The notes beneath the pieces are model-generated. The model was not told where the DNA came from, ran no database searches, and saw nothing but the letters and a program-made list of their open reading frames with translations. A DNA stretch of 64,000 nucleotides, from contig NEEC01000012.1 in the NCBI GenBank assembly GCA_002189035.1, forward strand, positions 744,001 to 808,000, written 5' to 3'. Made by a program: the position numbers and the translations under genes. Of this stretch, positions 1 through 11,740 are shown piece by piece (the stretch's first letter is position 1; every line of letters begins with the position of its first letter). Source of the stretch: Utricularia gibba (taxonomy: Eukaryota; Plantae; Magnoliophyta).

Positions 1-3
1 GTA

Positions 4-703
4 ACTGTAACTGATGATTACAGTGATCAGCAGAAATAGGTAATCATCATTTTGCTTGGTAGAGTACTATAAGTATATTCTCTGAGAATTGTAATTGATG
101 ATTACGATGATCGGCAGAAATAGTTAATCATCGTTTTGCTTAATAAAGTATTATAAACATTTTCTCTAGTAACTGTAATTGATGATTACGGTAATCCGTA
201 GAAACAGATTATCATTTCCTTATATTACTTTCAATTCTTGTAACTATAATCGGTAATTACGGTGACCGTAAAATTTAGAGATACAAACTATTACTCGAGT
301 AATTCTTATTTTCTATTTTATGCTTGTTCGGAACACTTTTGGTTAATAGACTACTATCACCATGTTTTCTAATCACTGTAATTGATGAATTATAGTGATC
401 GATGGAAATAAATGATTATGGTTTTTCTTATATTACTTTTATTTGTGGTAACTATCATTGATGATTACAGTGATCGTTAGAAATAGGCAATTATTTTTTT
501 TATATTAATTTTATTTTTTATAACTGTAATTGATGAATTGTAGTGATTGAAATAAATATGTAATTATTATTTTCTTTATATTAGTTTCATTTCTAGTAAT
601 TGTAATTGATGAATTGTAGTAATCGATAGAAATATGTAATTGTTGTTTTCTTTATATATATTTTTTTATTTCTGATAACTGTAATTAATGAATTACAGTG
701 ATC
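4..703. repeat. Degenerate tandem array (about 9 units, roughly 70-85 bp period) with a palindromic core ACTGTAATT-N4-AATTACAGT; probably continues left of the window
   Basis: Core recurs at 4, 88, 172, 243, 375, 451, 523, 599 and 678. The copy at 678-699 is a perfect 9-bp inverted repeat around a 4-nt loop. Confidence 0.85.
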
Positions 704-3275
704 AACATAAATAAAAAATATTAATATGAAAAAGTTAAATGAAACGATATTTATGATTTTTAATTTCATTTATTATTTATAAAAGAATATATGATATAAT
801 TTGATTTTTCATTTTGTTTAAATTATTTATTTTTCTATTGTTTAATTGTATATATTTTTGAATATATAATAATTAAATAAAATATACATTATGAAAAAAT
901 TAATTTGATTTTTTTTATTTAATATAATTTTTGAATTATAAAAAAGATATTTTAATAATATTTATTACAATTTTTGCAAAACTAATGTAATATATTTTTA
1001 TTTTTTTGTAAAAAAGATAATAGTATTAAAATATGTTGTCAAAAATAAATTCAAAAATGAAAAGAAAATCTGTAGAATGAATGGTTTTGACAAGTAGTAG
1101 AGATGAGATGCACACACCATGAGGTGCACACACCAGTAGATGCATACACCGACAGGATGGTTTTGGAACTGGATTTTTTTGTAGTAAGTGTATTTTGTAA
1201 TAACTCCCGGGGGAAGACAAGCAGTAGAGGATGCGGCAGACTTGCTGCCACGGCACATTTATTTTCCAACCAAACACGTGCTGTCCAGACTTTGTTCCCT
1301 ACATAATTCCTTTTCTCGTTTCTTTCCCCGAGTGGTGGGCGTTCCCAACCAGAGATGAAGAGGAAGAGAAAGAAGAGCAGGATGAGCTACGGAACCAGCG
1401 AAGGAAAGAAAGCGCGATGGTTCTGGTTTTCTTGAGTTAGGCTCCAGAATGATTTTCTCATAAGTATTCAATGCTGCGCTCACTTCTCTGAATCTGTCAA
1501 CTTCCACGTAGTCCACGAGGTGTTAACATCGGGATCCTGCTGCTGATAAATACTAGTGTCTGGTTGCTTCTCGCACTAAAACTCAGTCCTCCTTCCACTC
1601 CATCTGGTAGTGTATGCATCTGTCTTGTTTCTTGCAGATCCAGAGTCTTCTCCTTAAACAGGAAGACTCCTCACAGACACACAAGAGGCCCCGGGCCATA
1701 AATGTTGTACAACATTCCATTCCCTAAAGCTTAATGAACTAGAAAACCAGTTTATTTTTTTCTCTGAATATCCAGTTTAAAAATGCATTGCTGATACCTA
1801 ACAATTGGCTTGTGTTAGTCGTTCAGCTGGACATCTCGCACATCTGCATCGAGTCTTGTTACAACTATTGAAAATCCATGTATCCGAGTCCTGGTATCTT
1901 TGTAACAGTAACCACACAAAGTAAAAACGTGTGAAGGGATCAGTTCCCCCACCATCATTTACAGGTCAACATGATCGCCATTCATGAACAACGTGAGACT
2001 AGACTATAATCAGAATAATCAACCCTTCTCATGCGAGCAAGATGGTAACACGAGTTTTCAGAGCCAGCTGGTCAGCAGGAGTAATAAAGGTGATTATGCT
2101 GACTACATGTTATTGGAGTGTGTTGTTTCCAGCGAACCCAAGCAGCACCTCCTTGTAAGTGAAATCAGCCCTCGCCAGCGATTCAGAAACAAATCAAGGA
2201 CATTCTCTCAATCAGCAAGTCATAATAAGGAAAAGTAACAATGGGTCTCTTCCTCTTTAAATCCATTGTGTTCGGTTGTTCCTGTAAATTTAGGTTTGGT
2301 TGTGCAATACTTTTTCACCTGTGTTTCACTCCGCCTCCCACTGAAATTCCTATTCTCTAAAACCCTCTTTAAATTAATTGATAATGCAATTTATAAAAAA
2401 ATATCTACGTTTGTAGTAAAATATTATTTAAATTTTTTAATCTGTAAATTATATTTTATATTATTTTTATTATAATTAAAATGATATGTATTAAAATTAA
2501 AATCCAAAAATTAAAGTATTTCAATAGGTCATTTGAATAAAATAACATTATAGTTGTAACAAATAATTTATTTAAAAAGTTGTAATTTTTTATAAAAAGG
2601 ATGCATATAAATTTCTAATTCTCACATAAAAGCTAAGCTATTATGCTTTTGATAGAACTAGAATGATTTTTAAAAATCCATTCTTGTAAAAGAAAATCTC
2701 ATATATGTTTGGAAGATAAAAATAATTTTTATAAATAGAAAAAAGTATGATTTCTCCATTTTCCAGTGATAATAAAAATAAATATAAAGTGAGCGAAATG
2801 GATGAAATAAGTGTTTATAATTCACCTGAAGTTAGAATAAGAAATAAAGCAGACATGTCGTGTGTTGAAGATATTTAGATTGCGAGGAATATGATGAAAA
2901 TAATATGATTGAGAAAAAAAATAAAATTTAAATTTATATGAAATTATTCGTTTTGAAATTGACGAAGATGAAATAATATTTTTTCTTTATTTTGAATTTC
3001 ATATTATAGTAATTAAAAATAACAAAAAACGACCGTCACTCCCGATGGGTGGTGTTGGGTGAAGAGGAGGAGTTGGTGAAAGCATTTCATCATCTTATCG
3101 ATGACGTGGCGTTTATTCCTTCGATAAACGTGGGGCCCAACTAATTTGATTAATCACACGCTTCCTTTTCCTCCAGCGATCAGATTCATAATACTTGTTG
3201 CTGGAGGTTTGGTTGGTTTCCCTTTTGATGATTTGCGTCCAAGTGACCTGAATCCCTTCCGTAGGCCGACGACGT

Positions 3276-3309
3276 ACGGACGGACGGACGGACGGACGGA
3301 CGGACGGAC
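3276..3309. repeat. (ACGG)8.5 microsatellite upstream of SCL1, probably in its leader
   Basis: Direct read: acgg x8 + ac, about 670 bp upstream of the ATG. Confidence 0.95.
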
Positions 3310-3977
3310 TTGGATTGATTGCCCGAGGCTCAGGAACTCGGTCGGGTATTATTTCCGTCCATTTTCTGGGCTGTCTACACCTGCACAGCCATTCGGCTGA
3401 CTGGTCATTGTCTCTCATTAGTTTCAAGCATTTCCTCGCTCGGTCGGGTATTATTTCCTTTCGCCTTTTTCCAAGTTTCCACGACGTTTCGGTTCTGAAG
3501 CATAATCAGCAATTCCTTGGATTTTCACCTGTCTCCGCGTCGACTTTTCGGCATGACAATGGAGAAATTTTCAAAGTAAGCTTTCATACGTGGTACACGG
3601 TTAACAATTTCTAGATATCATCCCGCGGAACGAAGTCCGGGTTTTGCTTTGACTCTTTGGCTGCTCCCCGGCAAGATATTTTTTTGATTGCTTATTGCAA
3701 TTCCTGTCACTTGCCTTATGGAACTGAATGCTGGATCTCCAAGTACTTGAACCGCAATAAGGTGTTCAGCTCTCTACGGTGTTGACCACCTCTTCTGAGT
3801 CTGGGTTCTTGCTGGTATGGCTATGGCGCTTCGTAATTATGCTCGTTTATCACGTTCTCTGTGAACTTTTTGTGCGTTCTTCTTCTGATCTTGAAAGTCT
3901 TGTTACCTCTTTTGTGCTTCTATAAATTTGTGAAGGCTCTCCTCTGTTCTTCGCGTTGGTGGTAGTTGAAGTGAACA

Positions 3978-5654
3978 ATGCCATTAGTAAGATGTGCTGC
4001 CGTGTTTGGGAATCATGATACTTACTCAATGAAAAGTTCCCGCAAAACCTCCGACCTGAACCCGGAAAACCATGAAGGTTACATATCCGATCCTTACGAT
4101 GGTGTTGGTTATGACCATACATCGTTCATTGACTCACCATCAGATGAAATTTTGGACGTAATGGGATTAGACGTCTTGGAGAATTCTTCACATGAGACGT
4201 ATTTAAAAAACTCTGCCTGTTCTCTGTTAGTCTCGAAGCATAATGGTTTTCGATTTGATGGTGAAAAGGATAGCATGAACATCCAGAATCCCATCGAATA
4301 CGATGGCAATAAGCTGACATTAAAGATCCAAGAACTTGAGAAGGCTCTTCTAGATGATAATGCTGCTGAAGATGATTGTATCATTGATCATTACAACCCC
4401 ATGGACATTGATAGTGAATGGGCTGTTGCTATAAGTTTGCCACTGGTTGATGGTTCACCGAAGCAGACTTCGTCTTCCGAGTCTGAAATCACCAGCACAA
4501 GCAGCCCTCAGGAAATACCGTGTACCACCCCATCAAGCCCCCGGGATTTGCTATTTGAATGTGCTGCTTTGGTTCAGTATGGTAAGTTTGAAAGAGCAAC
4601 CGATATGGTAAATATATTGCGAGAGAGGGTCTCCATACAGGGGGATCCATCCGAGAGGATTGCAGCTTACATGGTTGAAGCTCTGGCTGCTAGGATGGCC
4701 TCATCAGGAAGAGGTCTGTATAAAGCATTGAAATGCAAACAGCAGCCATCTTTGGATCGGCTTTCTGCTATGCAAGTGCTGTTTGAGGTTTGTCCATGCT
4801 TTAGGTTTGGTTTCATGACAGCAAATAGTGCTATCCTGGAGGCATGCAAGTTTGAAAAGAAGATCCATATAGTAGATTTTGACATTAATCAAGGAAGTCA
4901 ATATTACACACTGCTGAAAACATTGGCTGAAAAACTAGGACCCCGAGTCAAGGTGAAGTTAACTGGAGTAGATGATCCAGAGTCAGTACAACGACCTGTA
5001 GGTGGTCTGAGAATCATAGGACAGCGGCTCGAGCAACTCGCTGAAAATCTTCAGCTGTCATTTGAGTTCCATGCTCTAGCTGCTGAAACTGCATTGATTT
5101 CTCCATCCATGCTTCGTTGCCAGCCGGATGAAGCTCTGGTGGTAAACTTCGCTTTCCAGCTCCACCACATGCCCGATGAGAGCGTTTCGACTGTGAACAT
5201 GCGGGATCAACTTCTCCGAATGGTTAAAAGCTTGAAACCAAAGCTTGTTACTCTTGTGGAACAGAATCTGAACACCAACACCTCCCCATTCTTACCAAGG
5301 TTTGCCGAGGCTTATAGCTATTATTCAGCTGTTTTTGAATCTCTTGATGCAGCTCTGCCACGGGATAGCCAAGATAGGATGAATGTTGAGAAGCAGTGTT
5401 TAGCTCGTGAAATCATTAACGTGATTGCATGTGAGGGAGAAGACAGAATTGAACGATACGAAGTTGCAGGGAAGTGGAGTGCAAGGATGAGTATGGCCGG
5501 CTTTGCATCCTGTCCCATTGCTTCAAGAGTGAAAACTGAAATCAGAGAACTCATTCAACAGTATTCTACTAGATACAAAATGGAAGACCAGATGGGAGCG
5601 CTCCATTTTGGATGGGAAGACAAGTTACTGATATTCAGCTCGACTTGGAGGTGA
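3978..5654 (+). CDS. SCL1: GRAS transcription factor, SCARECROW-LIKE 1 (PAT1 subfamily), 558 aa, intronless CDS
   Basis: GRAS motifs: LHRI (DLLFECAA), QGDPSERIAAYMVEAL, RLSAMQVLFEVCPCFRFGF, VHIID-like IHIVDFDINQGSQY, VVNFAFQLHHMPDESV, ACEGEDRIERYE and C-terminal SAW-like SSTWR. Confidence 0.95.
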   Translation: MPLVRCAAVFGNHDTYSMKSSRKTSDLNPENHEGYISDPYDGVGYDHTSFIDSPSDEILDVMGLDVLENSSHETYLKNSACSLLVSKHNGFRFDGEKDSMNIQNPIEYDGNKLTLKIQELEKALLDDNAAEDDCIIDHYNPMDIDSEWAVAISLPLVDGSPKQTSSSESEITSTSSPQEIPCTTPSSPRDLLFECAALVQYGKFERATDMVNILRERVSIQGDPSERIAAYMVEALAARMASSGRGLYKALKCKQQPSLDRLSAMQVLFEVCPCFRFGFMTANSAILEACKFEKKIHIVDFDINQGSQYYTLLKTLAEKLGPRVKVKLTGVDDPESVQRPVGGLRIIGQRLEQLAENLQLSFEFHALAAETALISPSMLRCQPDEALVVNFAFQLHHMPDESVSTVNMRDQLLRMVKSLKPKLVTLVEQNLNTNTSPFLPRFAEAYSYYSAVFESLDAALPRDSQDRMNVEKQCLAREIINVIACEGEDRIERYEVAGKWSARMSMAGFASCPIASRVKTEIRELIQQYSTRYKMEDQMGALHFGWEDKLLIFSSTWR

Positions 5655-5999
5655 CCACCGGCTGCAGCTGATACAGTCCCATCACTAATTTGTGTACTTC
5701 TGAAAACCCTGTAATGCTGTGTACGGAATTGATAATTACCTGGAATCCCAACTTTCCCAATATATTCACCCTTGTCAGCCCGTTTGCCTTCTTTCGTTAA
5801 ATAGCAAAATTTGTATGAATCCTGAAACTATGTAGAGGAAGGCTTAAGGTGTGGTATTCTTTTTCCGTGTTTCTTCCCTGGCTCCTCTCCTTTCTTATAA
5901 TAAGCATACAGTTCATAAAATTGCGGCTGGAAATATCCGAAGAAGAAATACTTTGTAAGCCAAGAAGAAAGATATTCGACCTTTTTTGCCATCTTTAAG

Positions 6000-7060
6000 A
6001 AGAGCTTTTATCAAAATCTAATCAAAGTGAAATAAGGCAAGGTAGGTGTTCCCTGTAAGTAGATCGCTTGAATTCTTCCTGCTTTCTCCTTGATGAAAGA
6101 TTGTATTTAGCAAAGCAAAAGACAAACATAACATACTGAAACCTGAGTTATAAGAACAAAACAGCAGCCAGAAAAAAAGCTTTGTCTAAATGAGAGACGA
6201 AAGAAAATATTTGATTCCTTTACATGTTTTTTGGACATATGCTTTGATATTTTGATCACTATTCCATGAGTAGAGTCAATCATTTTTCTCAAACATATCC
6301 CCCTCAAGTTGGGAGTTGGATGGAACTAATAATCCTAAATATGTAAACACAACAAAAAGATGGGATGTGACAATGACTTTGTGAATAAATCAACTGGTTG
6401 TTTGGTAGATCCATTGTGATAAAGTTCAATGAAATCATAAGCAACTCCATTCTGCATGATATGACAATCTACTTCAATGTATTTTCAAGGTTCATGGAAG
6501 ATGAAATTGCAAGCAATGTAAATTTGTAGCTTGACAATCACATGCCACAAGGATTGGCATATGTGAAGGAACTTACAAATCAATAAGGAGATAGGAGGGC
6601 CACTTTAATTTGCATACCAGTATTCTCAAGCTACGATATTCGGTTTCAGTTGAAGATGAGATTGCAAGCAATGTAAATTTGTAGCTTTATTATCATATAC
6701 CACGAGGATTGGAAGATATGAAGGAACTTGCAAATCAATAAGGAGATAAAAGGGCCACTTTAATTTGCGAACTACCATTCCCAAACTACAGTATTCGGCT
6801 TCAGTTGAATATCGATAAACAACAAATTATTTCTTAGTCTTCCATGAGATCAATGGTGTTCCAATAGTTGGATAAAGACCTAGTATCGGGACAACTTGCC
6901 CAATTAGCATCTACAATATACTGAGTAGCAAGCCAATGAGTAAGGAAAGGGAAATCCGAATATTAACCTGATTGTTGTACACGATAGATGATGTATGGCT
7001 ATGTAAAGCCAAGATCAGAATGACATAATATACTTGCCATTTTGATGGATGATTGGTGTA
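6000..7060 (-). mobile_element. Ty1/copia 3' remnant: degraded RT end and RNase H, PPT and start of the 3' LTR; left boundary uncertain
   Basis: Minus-strand fragments DANWASCPDTR, KYIEVDCH and DLFTKSL. PPT GAGGGGGA at 6305-6298 is followed by TA and TGTTTG at 6295. Confidence 0.8.
6497..6808. repeat. Diverged tandem duplication of about 156 bp inside the copia RNase H
   Basis: GAAGATGA(A/G)ATTGCAAGCAATGTAAATTTGTAGCTT...TTCAGTT occurs twice head-to-tail. Confidence 0.85.
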
Positions 7061-7191
7061 TGACTTCTATAGAGCTGTAGAACATTATGAGAGGGATGAC
7101 TCAAGAATAGGAGAATTAAGAGGTGAGGCTGATGGATGCATGTGAACCGTGTTTAACAATAATCATGATGGAAGGTGGAGCATTTTCTTTT

Positions 7192-7707
7192 TGATGGGGT
7201 ATAAATTAGGTGAGGATAATCGGCTTCTGAAAGGCTGTCAAAAGGAGCTCTGATGGGATAATGCCAACCGACAAATCGACATGTGTCAGAGATTTGACAG
7301 CGGCGGCCGTATGGCATAGTCTGAAAAGTAACTGAATTACGGCAGAGCAGGCGGCCGGTATCTAAAGAGCGAGATCACGATGCAGGCGCAAAAGCAACCC
7401 ACATCTATAGGATTCAGGACTCGGTCACATTGGCTTCTTCGATAAGTAGAGGAAATCACGAGGGGAAAGGGGTTCGATCCTTAACTTCCCAACTTGTATT
7501 CTCTCCCCTCAACTCCGTCTAGTGAAGATTATCTCCGGCGAGCTTCAACAGCTTTGTGGTTTTTTCGCCTTTTGATGGTTTCCACATAAAAATCTTGCTT
7601 TATCCAAACCCCGAATACCACCCAAATTCAAACCGAGTACGCTGCCCTCAGTCACACCCATAACTCAGAATTCGGCCCAACCCGGATACCGATTTTTGCC
7701 CTTAACA
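7192..7707 (+). repeat. Tat-1 5' LTR (516 bp)
   Basis: TGATGGGG...CCTTAACA, followed by TTT and a PBS. Aligns with 22192-22708. Confidence 0.9.
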
Positions 7708-7710
7708 TTT

Positions 7711-7728
7711 TGACGCCCACTGTAGGGC
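7711..7728 (+). promoter_or_regulatory. Primer-binding site (tRNA-Lys CUU), degenerate
   Basis: TGACGCCCACTGTAGGGC differs from TGGCGCCCACCGTGGGGC, the complement of the plant tRNA-Lys 3' end, by three transitions. Confidence 0.85.
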
Positions 7729-7782
7729 AGATCTATCGTCCCACTCGAGAAATCCACAGAAGCCGCTCACTAAACATCGATC

Positions 7783-10700
7783 ATGGTGGAAAATAACACG
7801 GCCACCAATTCTGTCCACGAAGGAAGTGCCTGCATTCAAGACCCCAGCCTTATGGTCATCAGTAGGGAGCAACTGAAGGCCCTTTTGACGGAAATCCTTT
7901 CCGACTTTAGGGCACCTTCGGGGTTGAAATCCAATGCACAGGAGGGGACACCCGAAGCTGCATGATGAGTAGAAAAGCAATCCCTGATTCCGGAATACCC
8001 CCGAACAAGGAGATTGAATCCGAAACCGAGGAGGAGATGTTGCGAAGAAAGAGGCGCAACCAAGTCATCTATGAGCGAGGGACGAATAGGGAAAACATGA
8101 TTGGCGAAATCTTGGAAAAAAAAGGAAGAGGAGCTGAAGAGAGAACTAGACCAGATTCGTAAGAGAAGAAGAATTATCGGCAGACAGATGTTGCCAAGGG
8201 GAAGAAAGAGAAGGGGCTTCAGGGATGCTTTCGACCAGAACGTATGCATTGGAAGAGGGGATGTTCTAGCCAATATTAACCTAGCCCTCAAGAGCAATGT
8301 TGAAGGAGCAGCTGGAACCCCAGTGCTACGTTTTGACCCTTTCTCAGATGAATTAATCAGGGAAGAGCCAGAGAGGGGATTCAGAGTTCTTGACGGACTA
8401 TCCATGTATGACGGAAAAGGAGACCCCACATCTCATGTAACCGACTTCGACATGAGGATGGCTATGGTCCGCCATTCAGAAGCCATGAAATGTAAGCTAT
8501 TCGCTTGCTCGCTCCAAAAGGGAGCAAAGACTTGGTTTAAGCAGTTGGAACCGTGTAGTGTGGGATCCTATTGGGAGTTGGTATTACTCTTTACTACCCG
8601 ATATGCTGTCAACATCGAAGCTCCACCTTCAAAGGCAGCACTGTATTCTATTCGGTATGACCACCGAAAAGAGAGCTTGAGAAGATTCATTGATCGATTC
8701 AACTGCCTGGCGCAGGATGTTCAGCTGGATTTGAAGGAGAGGGTGGAAATAATGAAGTGGGCCCTAGGAACGTTGAAGCTGGGGCAGAGTATATCTAAGT
8801 CCCCACCGAAGAATCTCGGAGAATTGCTAAGGAAAATCATGAAGTACATCCGAATCAATGACGACCTCAAGGCTGAGATGAAAAGCCGCATAGAGATCCG
8901 TCCGATCTCGCAGCAAGAAGTGCAACCCAACCGTGCCCCCCGGCCGAATAAGCAGCGTGAAGTATATCAGGTGGAACCGACCAGAGCGGACACCTATTGT
9001 GAGATACACAAGACCACAAGGCACGACACTGTCGACTGCCAGATAATGAAGACAATGATCGAGCAGTATCATGCTGGTGGCGGCACAAACAGCGCGACAT
9101 GGAACCCCGCACCAATGATGAAACGGAAAAGGGGACATAACGAACACGCGGGGAATGAAGGTAGGTGATATCCGAAATTTCCCTCAAAACCAGCAGGGGG
9201 AGCCCCACATACTGGCAAAGTCTTGAACCCCGAAAGGGAACAAGACAGATCGGAAAGCTCAAGGAACGCAACAAGGCACAAGGTAGTCCCCCCTATGTTC
9301 GGGAAATCCATATGGTATCCGGGGGGACTGAAACTGATGAATCATGAAAAGCACGGAAGAGATACTTGGAGGAGGCTAGAAGAGGAGAAATCTTTGAAAT
9401 TGGGAAAGGTTAGATTGAGAAAACTGGTTGGGAGAAGGAAGAGATCAACTTCTCTAATAGAGACGTTCCCGTCGACCTGACCACAAGAAACGAACCTTTG
9501 GTGATGGTGGGGATATGTAGAAACACCAAAGTAAGAAGGATTCTCATCGATCAGGGATCTTCCTGCAACATCATGAAGAAGGAAGTCGCCGAGTTACTGA
9601 CATCATCTAAGGAGGGAGATATCCGTCTAGTCAGCATGGAGTTATACGCATTCGATCAACGGGCTGTGCAAACTGTCGGGAAAATAACCTTGCCCATGAC
9701 ATTCGGTGCAGCAGGGTGAAACCGGACCGAAAGATTGGAATTCTTGATTCTAGATTCGGAGGTCTCATATAACATTATCCTTGGGCGACCCGACATCAAT
9801 CAATTCAGTATGTACCCTTGACTGTGCATCTGAAAATCAAATTTCCCACACCAAGGGCATCTGTACGCTGGATATTGACCAACCAGCCGCCCGATCATGT
9901 TATGTTTCTTCTTGCCGAGATCCCCGTGCGAAGAAGCCAAGAATAATGATGATGGAGAAGGAACCCCGGGAACCTCCCAGACAAGCAATGGAATCGGTGG
10001 GATACAAGTCCTTGCAGTTAGTACTTGGAGATACACAGAAAACGATTCGCATTGGCATCAACTTGAACGCCGAGTTTGAGAAAAAGGTTAGCGGAACTTC
10101 TAAGAAAGAATGTCGATATTTTTGCCTGGACTGCCGTAGACTTTGTAGGTATCGATCGATCTGTTGCTGAGCATCACATTGATACCTACTTGGGTACAAA
10201 ACCGTTTCGGCAAAAGCAACGGCATTTCTTCGAAGAAAAGTGCCGAATTTTCAAAGAGAAAGCAAGAGAGCTTTTGGAAGCCGGTTACGTGAAGGAGATT
10301 CAGTACTCCGAATGGGTGGCCAACCCCGTTGTTGTCCCGAAGCCTGGGGGAAAATAGAGAATGTGTGTGGACTTCACCGACCTCAATGCCTGTTGCGAGA
10401 GGGACCCTTACCCCTTGCCAAAGATAGACAAACTAGTAGATGCTATCACCGGATCTCGATTCCTGAGCACCATGGATGCCTATTCTGGATATCATCAAAT
10501 CTTCGTCGCCGAGAAGGACCAACCGAAAACCACCTTCTACACCAAGGATGTTGCTATGTTGCGATGCCCTTTGGTTTGAAGAATGCTGGGGCAACATATT
10601 AGAGATTGGTGAACGAAATCTTCTCTTCTAAAATCGGTATCCTGATGGAGGTGTAGTTGGAAGATATGATCGTGAAATCTATGAATGAAGAAGATCATTT

Positions 10701-11740
10701 AACGTATTTGGATTCTTGCTTCTCCCTATGTCGGTTGTACGGGTTAAAATTTAACTCGCTGAAATGTTGCTTCGGGGTGCAAAGCGGAAAATTCCTTGGG
10801 CATTATGCATCGGAAAGAGGAATCGAAGCTAACCCCAAGAAAATTAAGGCAGTATGCGAAATGCAACCACTAAGGACAATCAAGGAATACCTGAGTCTCA
10901 CGGGTAAGTTGGCTGCCCTTAGCCGTTTCATATCTCGGTCGACCGATAAGTCGGCATCTTTCTTCAAGGCCCTACAAAAGGGAAACACTTTAAAATGGAT
11001 TGAGGATTGTCGGATTGCCTTTGAGAAGCTCAAAGAGTATCTCTCATCACCCCCACTTCTGGTGGCTCCGAAGGAAGGGGAGCCCCTAGGGCTCTACCTA
11101 TCAACATCGCTTGTCGCGGTCAGCACAGTTTTGACAACCATCTCGTGAGATAAGTACATGCTGGTGTATTATGTGAACAAAGTTTTATTACCGGCCGAAA
11201 CCCGGTAACCAGTGACAGAGAAATTCATCTTGGCTCTAAAAATGGCGGCCACCAAGTTGAAATCATACTTTCAAGATCGGCACATCGTGGTATTCACCAA
11301 TCAGCCTTTGAAGAATATCCTATCTCGACCCAAAATTTCTGGAAGGGTAGCCAAATGGGCGGTTGAGTTAAGCACAATGGATATCGAATTCAGGTCGAGA
11401 ACGGCAATTAAAGCCCAACCTCTTGCCGATTTTGTGGTCGAGATGACTCGGCCAATTGACCAATTTGTGGAGATCAACGACCGGTGGGCCATGTATGATG
11501 ATGGTTCTACATACAACGGGGCTGGAGGTGGAATCGATATCCGAACTCGGGATGGGGAACACATCTACATCACGGTGAAGTTCCTATTCCCTGCATCTAA
11601 TAATGTAGCTGAATACGAAGCCCTAGTCGAAGGGATGAAAATTGCCAAGGAACTTGGAGTTGCAGAGCTCAACATTTATACAGATTCACAGCTAGTACAA
11701 GGACAGTTTTCGGGAGAGTATGAAACCCATGACCCCCTAA
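7783..11740 (+). pseudogene. Tat-1 gag-pol (gag, protease, RT, RNase H, additional archaeal-type RNase H), broken by stops and frameshifts
   Basis: gag YDGKGDP..H and CEIHKTTRHDTVDC; protease LIDQGSSCNIM; RT WVANPVVVPK, MCVDFTDLN, MDAYSGYHQI, MPFGLKNAGATY; RH RVAKWAVELS; aRH SNNVAEYEALVEG..IYTDSQLV, which is a Tat-lineage hallmark. Confidence 0.92.

Noticed and set aside
4-703. CRISPR-like array
   Set aside because: Plant nuclear context, degenerate repeats, linkers that resemble each other rather than unique spacers, and no cas genes.
1476-1501. Functional MIR156 precursor
   Set aside because: Only a star-like arm is present; no complementary mature arm nearby on either strand.
998-2475. 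Short ORFs of 65-86 aa as protein-coding genes
   Set aside because: No recognisable domain; overlapping alternative frames; some are AT-rich low-complexity sequence.
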